This document shows, piece after piece, positions 1 through 12,965 of a DNA stretch of 64,000 bases. The notes under the pieces are model-generated. The model was given only the letters and a program-made list of their open reading frames with translations. It was not told where the DNA came from and searched no databases. The stretch lies in the NCBI GenBank assembly GCA_023213395.1, contig CM041465.1:187247741-187311740 (forward strand). The letters are read 5' to 3'. Source of the stretch: Cycas panzhihuaensis. Taxonomy: Eukaryota > Plantae > Cycadophyta. The translations under genes were made by a program, and so were the position numbers. Every line of letters begins with the position of its first letter. Positions within the stretch are counted from its first letter, which is position 1.

Positions 1-1256
1 TATATTAAATAGAATCATACTTATGTGTATGCTTAACCCTTCTAAAATAGGATTTAAATGGAGGCTATATCCTAATTATCCTTGGATTTTTCTTAATATA
101 AGGTGGCTAAGGATGAAAGGCAACTAATCTTTCAGGTGAATGACTTGTATTATAAAAAGAAGACATGGCACTCCATTTTAACTTTTATGTATTTTTCAAC
201 TTTTCTTATATATTGAGTTCTAGCCTTTGTTTTGTATTTTAAGCATTCAAAATTTGAATATATAAGATTTGGCATCTATGTATGGATATAGAAGCCCTTA
301 CGACAACCAATCCATAGGTCAAGTTAGTGGCCATTTGTTATGAATGTAAATTATAACTCTCATATATTATTGCTTAGGTTTGGTTCTTAATTTTTTACAC
401 ACCTATAACTAAGTTTGTGAAGGATATAATTGTGGGTGGCACATGAGGGTAATTATTTGGTAATAATATCTTAGATTACATTATGTTATGAATATAATCA
501 CCTGAATTTGGCATGACACTAAAGGGCCTTAGTGTAATGCTCGAGGAGTTGTAGTGGAATCCATAACTTATATGACATGTAGTTCCTAACTTTAGTGTGA
601 TGCCAAAGGGCCTTATTGTGATGCTAAGGGAGTTGTGGACATTATCACTTATATGTGGATATGCTTTTCATGATTGACCTATAATATTTTATTATGGGGG
701 ATCCTTAGAATATCATTGAGGCATAGTGTTATTCTTGTATATGCACAAGATTTGCTATTATTTTCATATGATGTATAATTACAATTGTGATAATTATTGA
801 AGCTATGCATGTTTGAAAGTATTATATTATCCAAGGAATGAGGTGAGAGCTTAGAATCAACAATTGACACTTCTTCTCACTTCATATACTTTGGCATAAG
901 GGTAATTTCTTGAGAGGAGTTTCCAACTTGGTGGTGAATCCCATCAGAAGATAAGTAATTTGGCCTTTACCCTACAGAAGATAAGTTTTCTATTATAATG
1001 CTCTCTTGATATTATGGGATGTTACTTTAGTTACATATAAATATTTATTTTAAGTGATTGTATATTTAAGATAGAATAATTTATGTGATTATCATCTACA
1101 TATTATGGATATTTAATGTGCATATAATTACATATTTCTCTAGACTGCTAGCATAATGTGTTGCTCATTAGTCATATGGTTTGCTACATGTTTGAATTGA
1201 GCTCAAGTAGTTTGGAAGGTTACCTCATGATGTCCTTATGAGGAGGGGCCATTACA
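1..1256 (+). mobile_element. 3' part of a Gypsy-type LTR (start lies outside the window)
   Basis: Non-coding, contains an internal ~84-bp tandem repeat, and ends in GAGGGGCCATTACA (Gypsy-like LTR terminus). No PBS follows, so it is a 3' or solo LTR. Confidence 0.5.
513..655 (+). repeat. Two-copy ~84-bp tandem repeat
   Basis: ATGACACTAAAGGGCCTTAGTGTAATGCTCGAGGAGTTGT (513) recurs as GTGATGCCAAAGGGCCTTATTGTGATGCTAAGGGGAGTTGT (597). Confidence 0.75.
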
Positions 1257-1949
1257 TGACATATATTAGATTATATAGTAAGGTATATGCTTTGTAGTTT
1301 AATTTAAGTTGATCCATTGATCATGTATAAACATGGTTTGTTATGCTACCATTGTTAACAATGTAGTGTACTACAATGTTATTTATTCATATTTTTTATA
1401 TGAAGAGACTCTCTTTTAGGTCAAGAGTGTATATGAGTTGTTAGTTTAAGGTATGGAATCACTTCATCTTGCCTTTATAAGATTATAACCCATTCTTTAT
1501 CTTTTATTATTATCTATATTTATATTTTTGTTGCTTTTGTTATTTCTTATTTATGTGCAATAATCTTCATTATTATGGCTTATTATTTTTTATAATTTAT
1601 AATACTTAGAAGAAGATGGAGAATAAGGAGAAGGATAAGTAGATGAAAAAGGTAAATTATGTTCTTTATCTTCTTTTAACATAGATACTAATACTATTTT
1701 ATTGCCTTTTTGAAGGAGCTTACTTTAATATTATCCTTTATTAACCTTATTAAAGTTACTTTATTCAATATTTGGAGGTAACCATAGGTAGCAGTGAATT
1801 CTTGGAGGAGATCTTACCTCAAGGAGGATCAACTATTGTTCATTATTTTTTTTAAAATATTATTTTTCTATTATTTAATATTATTTTTTCATCATTTATG
1901 TATCATCTCCTATGGATATATTATGGGACTTTATTAGGTTTATAATAAG

Positions 1950-1961
1950 TGGTATCAAAGA
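1950..1961 (+). promoter_or_regulatory. Primer-binding site (tRNA-iMet type)
   Basis: TGGTATCAAAGA lies 2 nt after the LTR end, close to the canonical TGGTATCAGAGC. Confidence 0.8.
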
Positions 1962-2456
1962 ATCAAGCTTGCCTCAAAGTGAAGGGTTGAGTTATTTTTT
2001 TAAAGCTTCTCTCAAAAATTTTATATCCCTCAATGATAAATTGTGATATCTTTTTATTAGGAACTCTAAATCTAGTACTATCTATTCTATCATGATCTAC
2101 ACTTACTTACCATTAAAATAAGTGTTTATACAATACAATTGGCTACTAAAATAATTAAGCATTTAATATTTGAGGTTGACAAAGGGAAATTTCTAGAGTC
2201 TTATAAGATTGACACACTTAACTTCCAATTATTAACACTCAACCATTTGGTAATTTTTTTTAGTGATTAAGTTTTTGATTTTATATAATTTTTCATAACC
2301 TTCACTCCTATGTATAATTTAATAGGTAAAATAATAAAAAAAGGGTTATTCTAGAGCTTTAATTAGGAACTACTATACAAAAACAAGCAAAAACTCCCCT
2401 TGACAAGGCTAATAGTAGCCCTTTGCCTTAGACAAATATGATGTAGAAGATAGATG

Positions 2457-5400
2457 GGTTGGAATATGCGATTATTTACATATATAATGTTTAATATAAT
2501 GATAGTAGACCCATACAAAATTCCATTCACCAAAAGCATCAAGAGATGTAAAATGCACACTTATTCATATACACATTCTATTGGATGATGAAAAGGATCA
2601 AAAGATGTAATAAGCTATTCATGAGGTGATATTGATATAAATACACACATATACCACTTAATAACTTGAGAAAGGTCCTTGACTTAGAGATGTGTTAATT
2701 TTAATATCTAAAAAGGAGCTCCATCTCCAACCTTCTCTTATGGTTTTTCCCACACTAGGTTTTCCAAGTATAAATCTATTATGTCTTATGTGTTGATGCT
2801 TTTTGATGTTTAATACTTTATATTTTATATTATTTCTTGATACTTTCATATTATATACATGATTTATATACATTTTTCATGATATAATTTATTGGCTATA
2901 CATGTTTGATATACTTCTATTATGTGATACTGACTACATCATAACATGGTATCAAAGTTAAATTCTAAATTCTAACATGGTATTAAAGGTATGTTGTGAA
3001 AGATCTTATGGAAGTAGGTTTGTAAGTCCATATAGAGTAAGTAGATGAGTTAGTATGAGCCAATGACAAAGCTAGTTGAGCTAGTTATGAGGTGTGAATT
3101 GTTGAGTTAGAAATTTGATTATACTAGTTATGCTAGTGATATATGACTATGATTCTAGGGTTAAAAGATAAATGAGAGCCGCATATAAATGAGACAAAGT
3201 TGCATATAAGAGATATAGTAAAAAATAGATAGTATATTAATTAATTTATTTATATGGATATATATTAATGCACATATGCCTATATTCTCAAGACATATAG
3301 ATATGAAATGAGTCCACCAATATGATGTAAGAAAGGATATATTATTGCTAGTTGAGTTTATTTATACATATTAATCACCTAATCATCTCACTTAATCTCA
3401 CAATTAGTAATAATAAATATACTCAAGTATATTTGATTCAGTATTCTATTAATGAAGACATTTTAGTTCATTATTGTCACTTTTGAACCATTTTAGAGGC
3501 TCTTATGAGTGTCTCATGACTAAGATTTGCTGCTAGAATGATGCCAATGTCCCATCAGTAAAAGTGAAATAGGAAATAGGTATGTTTAGTATGATAAGCA
3601 GTAAAATTAATAGGTATGAAGTATATATGATAGAATATTGTATTAGCATAAGTTGAAGGATATATACAAATGAAACTATTAAGAATATTACTTTATGGCA
3701 TATGTAAATGCATGTGGATATAGATTTAATGAAACATAAAGGGCTTTAATAAATTATTAATGGCATGATATTTATAATATATCCTCTATTGTTGCCTTTA
3801 CTGATGCCTCACAAGAGAGAGCTAAAGAATGCTTGCAACCATCCATGTGGATGCGCTTATACATACAACATATGACAACCATTTCATAATTGTTATAAAA
3901 ATTCAACATGCCATAAAAATCTACAACTATCATTTGTTAGTATCTTACTTCATAGTGTCATTAAGAACAAGGACTAGAGTGTGCATTACTACAAGTTATG
4001 CTAAATAATATAATCTATTAAAAAGGTTAGCTAATTTTTACCCTCATTGACTAAATATTGATGAAAATAGTCATATTAATACTAAAGCTTTGACAAAGGG
4101 TAGATTTCAATAGAATTAACATAAAGATAAGCAACAATAAAAATTTACAAATATATGAAAGATGATGAATGAAAATATAATATGAAATGAAGAGATTATT
4201 TGCATAATTTAGGTATAAGATCACTACCTATTGCCCATGTAAATCTCACCTAAATAAGATAATAAACTTAACACCATGCCATAAAGAAGCCAAAAGTAAA
4301 CATAATAGCCATGGTGATCATCGCCTACAAAGATAAATATCATGATGAGATTCATCTATAGCCATATGAATTAATGCCACATAACAAAGACAAATTGATA
4401 AATTCATGAAGTTATAGAGAAAATCCTACATAAGTGAGTTTTGATCTCATAAAAAAAATTAAAAAGTTGGTGATTAATTAAACTAGATTTGATAATTATA
4501 TGTATTTCAAGTAATGAATGAATTAAAAAAAAACGAATAAACTAGATTTAATTATTTTTACATTTACAAAAATAAAATAAGTTATATTTCATAAATTTTT
4601 AGTTTTACAAAGCCCCCTATGCCTTTAGTGGATGGTCATATGGTGACATCATGTGACTAATAGCCCTAGTCAAAAGGGACTTAACAACATTTCTTAAGGA
4701 TCACGTATTTTTTCATGACATATTAGCATACATTTTCATTAGAGAGTCTATTTTCATCCTACTAGTTGTATCAGAAATAATATTTTGAGACAACTAAAAT
4801 AAGTGGTCACAAGACATATTTTAGAAATTAAATGATAGAGATATCAATAGGTAAATTTAATCAAAATGATTTTAACCTCATAAAAGATGCATTTTATGAC
4901 CTTTTTTAGAATAGTTTTTATATATTCTAATATTTTTAGAGGCTTTAAAGATGATTATATTATCGTTGATGATTGTTAGAGAATGAAAAAGGAAGTTTTA
5001 TTTAAAACAAATATATTTAAGGCCCATTTATGATATTTGAAGGCTCAAAACAGATAAAAATACATGATATAGAAACATATTTGATGTGAAGATATTTTGA
5101 CATGTACTAGACCTGAAAATATTCCTTAGAATTTACACATTTGGTTTAGTGGAATTACAATCACTAATTAAATGTCAATCATCAACTAGTTTTGATACCT
5201 ATTTTTAAATGAATAAGTGTTGACATTACCTGATATTTATTCAAGGGACTAATTTATTTACAATTGATGTTTGAGAGTTTTTGATGAGAAATTGAGTATT
5301 CTACTTGTTTATAAGACATGAAAAAGTATTGGACATTGATTACTTAGTACATCAATTCAATTATTGAGGTTATCTAATTGGTATAATATGTGTGTATCCA

Positions 5401-6780
5401 TGAGAAATCTAATTTGTCTTATATAACAAGAGGCATGAAAACATACTATTTATATTACCTTGTTACATCTAACTTATCTTAATCAGATAGTTTGGCCTAT
5501 TCCCATAGTTAGTTTGTTTAAACAATTGATTTATTTATTAACAATGAGTTTTGTTAATGGTTGCTAAAAGAAAATTGCGAGTATGCAAAAGTATTAATGA
5601 AAACAACACACAAGATATTTATTCATATGTAAGAGGCAAGATAAATGATATTACTCTTATATAACATACATATTGTATTGTTAATCTTGTATATAAGAGG
5701 TAAGATATTTTATGTTACACTTATTTATTGATGAATCACATATAAGAAACATATCTTATAGAACTAGTGATTACAATGGCTAGTTACCCATATATTTCAA
5801 TAGATGATTATTATTTTATATGGACATTAGTAATTATTTTGGTTTATGTGATGACTGGTTAATAGATGATGATTGATAGTAGTTTTACAATTAAATATAT
5901 GAAGATGTTTAGGAAAATACTTCATATAAACATGATAGTGAAAGTCATGTATATGAGTTAATGTTTGAGATTGTTTATATATTTACAAGTTGGTTGCTTA
6001 TAGTTGGTCACTAATGGTCATAGATAACTATAGGTTGATTATGGGTTTTAGAGGTCAATACTTACAAGAAGTAAGCATGATGATTAATAGATTTATAGGT
6101 TACAAGCAATATAATTTTATTTAGTTTTATACAACTTGATATGGATTTTGATATAGGTTATACGTTTATATATTCTAGTATATAAGGAAAGTAGAAGACA
6201 TAAAGATATTGAAGACCAAGGATTAAAGACTTAAAGATATTAAACATTAAAGGGGTGTGTGTTATAATATGTAATTATTCACATATATAATATTTAATAT
6301 AATGATAGTGGACCCACATAAAATTCCACTCACTATAAGCATCAAGAGATGTGAAGTGCATATTTATTCATGTACACATCATATTAAATAATGAAAAAGC
6401 TAAAAAGATATAATAAGTTATTCATGAGGTGATATTGATATAATATATACACACACCACTTGAGAACTTGAAAAAGGGTCTTGACTTAAAGATATGATCA
6501 TTTTGATATTTAAAGAGGAGCTCCTAACTCTAATCTTCTCTTGTGGTTTTTCCTATACTGAGTTTTTTATGTATAAATTTGTTGTCTCTTATGTGTTGAT
6601 ACTTTCTAATATTTGATACTTTATATTTCATATTATTTTTTGATATGTTCTTCTTACATATATGATCTATATACATTTCTCATAATATAATTAATTGATT
6701 ATACATATTTGATATGCTTCTACTATACAATAATAATTATATCATAACATGGTATCAAAATTAAATTCTAAGTTCTAATA
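2457..6780 (+). mobile_element. Highly decayed Ty1/Copia element with paired ~520-bp LTRs (2457-2977, 6260-6780)
   Basis: The LTRs align end to end. PBS TGGTATTAAAGG at 2978, PPT AAAGGGG before 6260, TSD AGATG/AGATA. Only faint integrase/RT remnants inside (e.g. RAKECLQ near 3820). Confidence 0.85.
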
Positions 6781-6849
6781 AGATAAACTCATTCTATAAG
6801 GTAGGAGCTCTAACAATCTATATATATATATATAATAATATCACTATAG

Positions 6850-8300
6850 GAGTTCATGAAAAGGTTATAAAATCCAATCAATAAAACCACTTTAGACATA
6901 TTTTCTCTAAAAAATTGTTTGGATAAGGCCTTATACTAGAAAGGAGATAGAGGTACATTTAGAGATAAATAATTTATTAAAAGGGAAGGAACTCAACCAA
7001 AAGAATTTAGGAGAACTAAAGGATTAATACCAAAACATATGAAGGTTCAATTAAAATTGTTTAATCTAGACACAAGCCAAGAAGTGTAAGCATGGTTACT
7101 AAAGATACGGACCTATTTCAATATTCATCCATACTCTAATATGGAAAAGATTTTGTTTTCATCCCTACATTTGATTAATTGAGCATTATAATGGTTTACT
7201 TAGTGGAATAAGGATTATGATGATACTATAAACTTTAATTGGGACATTTTTAGTCTTGCAATCTATGAACAATATATAAATACATAGATAAAGATTGTTA
7301 TTCTAGGCTCCATCATCTTTAACAAATAGGAATGGTTTAGCAATACATATAATAGTTCCAAAATCTATAGAGTATACTCTCCACCAAACTAGATCACAAG
7401 CTATTATTAGAAAAATATCTTGGAGGACTTAGAGGAGGTATCCTTAATATATTAAAAACCTTGGAGTTACTAGCCTCCCATAAGTAATATTAACAACCAA
7501 AAATTTTGAGACTAAATTTAACACAATCCTTCTCAGAAGTGGATACAAACTTAATAAATCTAGAGTACAATCATAGTTAATTCAAGCCCTTGAAAAATTA
7601 GGAGAACCATTAGCCTCATCTAGAACTAAACATCTTAAGAAAGGTACTTGTTTTAGATGTAGTAAAAAATGGACCAAATATCATAAATGTCCTATAAAAG
7701 CTAACTAAAAGAAACTATATGTAATGGAAAATGATTAATAGGTATTAGAAAAAGATATGAAGAATGATAAAAACAATGAAAAATAATATCATAATAATCT
7801 AACCCTATAAGACTCTAAGGAATGTTGAAATATTCTTACATGCCATAATGAGGACTTTAAATACTCCTTAAACCTTATGTGTTGAAGGATTAATAAGAAA
7901 TACTGAGGTAATAGTCCTAATTAATAGATAAAGTACATATAATTTTATTAATTGTTAGATAGTTAAGTAGTTAGGGCTTCAAATTTTACTACTTAATGAA
8001 TTCCAAGTATTAATCACTAGAAATAAAATATTATAGTGTGGTGTTTTATGCCCAAAAGTTTCCTTAATAATACCCGATTATACTCTTTAATCATTAATGT
8101 TTTTAATTCCTATTATAGGAGTTAACATCATTTTAGGAATATAATAGTTAATAACCCTAAGTTTAATTATCATAAATTATGATAAGATATTAATAAAAGT
8201 TTGACAAAAAGGTGGGAAATATACTTTATAAGCACCTCTTATGCAACCTAGTTAGGAAGTCTCATCTCTTCACAAGGAGAAAATAATAAAGAATAAAGAT
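6850..8300 (+). pseudogene. Gypsy gag and aspartic protease remnant
   Basis: KGTCFRCSKKWTKYHKCP zinc knuckle at ~7640. TLCVEGLIRNTEVIVLI(D)xxST(H)NFIN protease motif at ~7870-7950. Many stop codons. Confidence 0.8.
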
Positions 8301-8767
8301 TTTGGTTATTTTTATATAATTTTAATTCCAAAAATCATTTAATGCTTTAAGCATAAAACATATTTCGAATAGAGGGAACTTATTATGAAGCCAAAGTATT
8401 GGTAATTTATATATTCTATGATGAAGCCAAGGGTTGTAACCCCTATGAACTGATATATCTATTAGAAGTAGTATGAAGCTAAGGGACATGACCCCTTTGT
8501 GAACTTACATATCCATTGGAAGTGGTTATTCATGAAATATTAAAAGGGTAGGGGTTTAATTAAAGAGAACACCATGGTGGAATATTTCTTAGAGCTTCGA
8601 CATTTATAGGTAACTATAGGTAGTGGTGAATTCTTGGAGGAGCCCTTACCTTGAAGAGGACCAATTGTCATTCATTGACTATTTTCTATATTATTTACTA
8701 TTATTTTTTGATCATTTATATATTATCTCATATGGATATATTATGGAGCCTCATTGGGTTTGTAACA

Positions 8768-11410
8768 TCTTCCTACAAGGTTAAGAAGGAGTGGCCCATT
8801 AAATGGCATGCCTATGTTAAATGCAAAGAGAGTAATCTATGTGTTGTGTTTGAATCAATATTTTTATTTAAGGATTTTGGATCTTTGGTAGTGGGTGGTC
8901 TAATCTACTAAATCTTTAATCTTTAGTTATTACTAAGGGGTCTAAATTTATGGATTTATACTAATTAGGCCCACCTTATCTCTCATGAACTTGGAATTTG
9001 AAACATAGATTGAGGATTCATTATTATCATATTTAAAAATGCTTAAGATGGGGATATAATATTTGAAAGGGCCCCTTAGTTCATGACCCACGATGGGTTA
9101 TTCATGAAATTCTAGAATCCATTATAAAATAAGAAATACCAAATAGCATTCTATTGTAGGTTAAGCTTCTATTCTTTCCCTTACACTTTTAGAGCAAGAA
9201 AGCCTTTGAGGTAATTGGGTCATTCCTTAGGAAATGTCTAGAGGTTGTAAAGGCTATTAATCTTTGAAGTATTATCTCCTTTATTTAGATTTTTATTGAG
9301 ACAAATGTTATAAAAAAGCTCTTAGATGAAATAGAAATCATCATTGAAGATTACACTTGGATGTAGGACCTTGACTATGAATATGTTTTGTATAAGTGAA
9401 GACTTTGTGATCAATATAGGTACCTTTATTCATGATTATCCTTAGAAATATAGTGAATCTAATCAATTGTTTAATCGAGGGAACGGTGATGGGTCTGTAT
9501 GTGTTTAGAAGAAATCCCAATCTAGATTTGGATTAGCAAATTTCTTTAGATTAAGATAACACTATAGCATAACTAATAAGTTCCAAGCTTTATCTAGCAT
9601 TGACAACACCAATGATGGTCATCACATATCAAACCCATCTGTTAAACTAGTGTAGGAATCCTTGTAGAATAATATGGTGAAAACTCTTAATAAGGATAGT
9701 CTTATTAGGGACCATATGGTTGGCATTACATCCAAGTTCAATGGTCATGATATGGATGATCATACTAAATATATATAATCTTCACATTTGGGAGAGATCT
9801 CAAGTTAGGTAGAAGGCCCTAGTCATTACTAACTACATACATATAATACCATCATCTAATGCTCACTTAAGAACTTCATTAGCCTATTAACATTACATAG
9901 AATAATGAAGTATCAAATCTAGAAATCATAGCTCATGAAACTAACATTGTAAGGGAGACCCAAAGTCTAAAGGTATATAAAGAGTTTGAAGCTACGAGAG
10001 ATCTTACTAAAGGAAAAATTACTTTTAAGTGTGATGTGGTAAAGTTGACTAGAACTCAAGGTAGCATAATGTCAATTCTAATAAATGATATGAAAATAGA
10101 CTATGGGAAAGCTAATAGAAGGAGAGGTAAATGATTAAATATGAAAATCCTTTAGATGGAATCATCGAGAAGATTAAATAATAGGATATAAGCCCAACTA
10201 GTCATAAGTAGAGATAAGCTTTTATTAGACACCAAAAGGATAGAGAATCCTAACCTAAATAAAGGAGGCCCTAAAATAAGAAAGGGCCCAACCATCAAGG
10301 ATAGAAATGATTATTGTATCATGGAACTTTAGAGACTTGGGTTCAACCTTACCAAAGTGAACCCTCAGGGAATGAATCAAAGAGTAAAACCATGATGTTC
10401 TTCTTCTTCAAGAAACCAAGTTATTAGGAGAAGAATCTAATGCATAGAATCAATTATGGAATGACAATAAATATTCTATTATAAGTATTAGATCTCATGG
10501 CTAACCTTGAGCCATTATATCCTTATAGGAACATAAGACCTTATATCTAACTAGATTTATTAAGAGTAGAAACTATACCAAAATCAAGATTCAAGTTTTG
10601 GGTAGTGATGAAGTGATCAACACCATAAATGTTTATGGCCCTATTCATTTCTCTCTAGCTAGAGAATGTTGGAACAAAGTTTGGTAGGATGGAAACACTA
10701 GGAACCTATAAAACTTGATAATAGGAAGTGATCTTAATATTATCTTGTATCTTGATGAGAAGTTTAGGGGGCATTATTTCCTAAATAATAATGCTAAACT
10801 AGTTACTAATATGATGGAAGATAGGAGGTTATTAGACATTGATCTTGCCAATGGGATATACACTTGGTCTAATAGGAGACAAGGAACCTTGTTGATCCTA
10901 GAGAGGCTTGATAGATTTTTAGTCACTAAGTCCTTATTGGAAGTTAGAGATTTAAAGTTAAGAATTCAAATGAGAAGTAGATTTGATCATGCCCCTACTC
11001 TCCTTAAGATAAAAGATATACATAATCCTAAAACCACTCCCTTTAGGTTTAATTAGTTTTGATTAATTATTAGGATTTCATACTTATCATTAAGTAGTGA
11101 TAGTTAGAAGCCTAATACTCTGGCACCAATATATCTATATATATATATAAATAAATAAGTTAAAGTATATAAAAAGTAAACTTAGGGCATGGCAATGAAG
11201 CATCATGATAGATTGGCTAAACGTTCTAAATAAAAAAATAAATGTAGGAGAGGACACTTCAATCAATATAGAGGAGTAGGTCATGCTAATTGCTAGATTT
11301 GCATCCATTAAGATGGAAAATGATGTTGTAGCAAGACTGAGATCTCACATGATTTGATCAAAACAAGGGTATATAAACTCTTACTTCTTGTGCAAAGTGA
11401 TTAAAGCTTG
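8768..11410 (+). mobile_element. Truncated, decayed L1 LINE (ORF1 plus ORF2 endonuclease)
   Basis: ORF1 motif (W)VKLLFFPLHF(W)SKKAFEVIGSFLGKC at ~9160. ORF2 starts MIIVSWNFRDLG at 10307. EN motifs IIGSDLN, YTWSNRR, ERLDRFLV and DHAP lie in ORF 10715-11056. Cut by an LTR at 11411. Confidence 0.9.
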
Positions 11411-12965
11411 TATTATTGCTTAAATTGCTCCATATGTCTAGTTTGATGTGCCTTCAAGGATTTCTAATCTGCATGTTTATAAAAGGCTTAACATAAAGGG
11501 AGTGCAAAAATCTTGGATATAGAAAACCTTTACTTAGGTTTAATGAACCCTATGAATTGTTAGGTAGAAGGTGGATCCAACTCATGCTTTCTCCTATCTA
11601 CCAATGGTACTTAGAGTCAATGTCTTAATTTGCCTAGGCTAAACTAGTAGGTAAAGATTCCTAATGATATGTACACATAATTAGCTTCTAGGTTAGACCC
11701 ACTAACCCTTCACTTAATCCCTTATAAATATCATCATATAACATGTAAAGAAAAATAATTTATATAGCCTAAATAGTTCTAGATTAAAGTTTCTAGAGTA
11801 TGCTAGAAAGCCTTAACTAATATTCAGATACTTTAAATCTAAGATGATTAAGAAAATAACAAAAGAGCTTATAGTAATAGTCAAGCCAAATCAATAGTAC
11901 AAATCTTAGTTCATGGGCAAAATAATCAATCACAAGTTATTAGATAATGCACTTAATAGAATATGATAAAACTAAAGTAAGCTTGAGATGTTTATATTAT
12001 AATGATCAAGATGTTTTGATACAATGATATTGTTGAGTATAGATGCATTACCTACAATGAATCTTTGACACAAAATTGACAAAAATCATAGTCATCTAAG
12101 ATCTTCAGTAGCAAATGCACTTACCGAAGTCATGTTAAGATCTATCAACTTGCTTTTAGATAAGTTCTTTTATATTGAATTACTATTTCCTAAGAATTAG
12201 CATATACATATGAATAAATAATGAACCAAAGACAAAAGTAGGGACTCCTATAATCTTCTTGTCCTTTGCATATGAATCTCTCCAAAAAATACACCTTCCT
12301 TTCATAAGGGATACTCCTCTTATTACTAGTAATTATTGTAGGCAAATGCAAACTTGGTGTAACAATTGAAGATACCTATATCAATGCAAAATAGTCAAAT
12401 ATCTTCCTTCTCTAGTATAGCAATTAGAATTAGTAGCCAAAAATCAAGGAAAATAATTGGAAGTTTGCATCATGATGCCAACTATAGTACTTTTAATAGT
12501 ATAATAGGTAGTAAGGTATAAATGTTTTAAACAGTCTCTCTATTAGAAACTTTATCCTATTCATGAGAATGATTTAAGAGAGATGTATTGCCTTTTGCTC
12601 CCAAGTTTAAATGCATCACTTGAATCAGAAAAGGACCCGTAATCTCTAAGTCTCCCTGTAGTTTACACACTTGATCCTTAATAGGGTTGAGCTTTTAGTC
12701 TTGTTACTTTAGTAGGCCCCTAAGAGTGACATAATAAGTCTTCCAATTCCATACCTCTATTGCCCAGTTTTCAACTTCACTGATAGTATAAAAATTAATT
12801 TGTTGCTTTAACATATCAATCTCCTTTTTTTTTTTTTTTTGATGAGGTAAGATAATATTGAAGGGGTTTTAACTAGGTCCCCAAACCTTGTACATCGAAG
12901 CCCAGCAGCTCATGAAAGATGACCATGACAAGCCCATGGTCTAGCCTAAATTAAAAAGATTCCTC

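Larger units (their letters stand above)
1257..8767 (+). mobile_element. Non-autonomous chromovirus-like Ty3/Gypsy element (gag-protease only), interrupted by a Copia at 2457-6780
   Basis: The LTR 3' part at ~1773-1947 matches ~8588-8767. Met-type PBS TGGTATCAAAG at 1950. PPT AGAGGGAA at ~8371. 3' LTR at 8381-8767 ends TGTAACA. The 5' boundary is uncertain. Confidence 0.7.

Noticed and set aside
8420-8525. Spaced direct repeats (also 513-655 and 22400-22605) as a CRISPR-like array
   Set aside because: Only 2-4 degenerate tandem units with no unique spacers and no cas genes. They are ordinary LTR/leader repeats.
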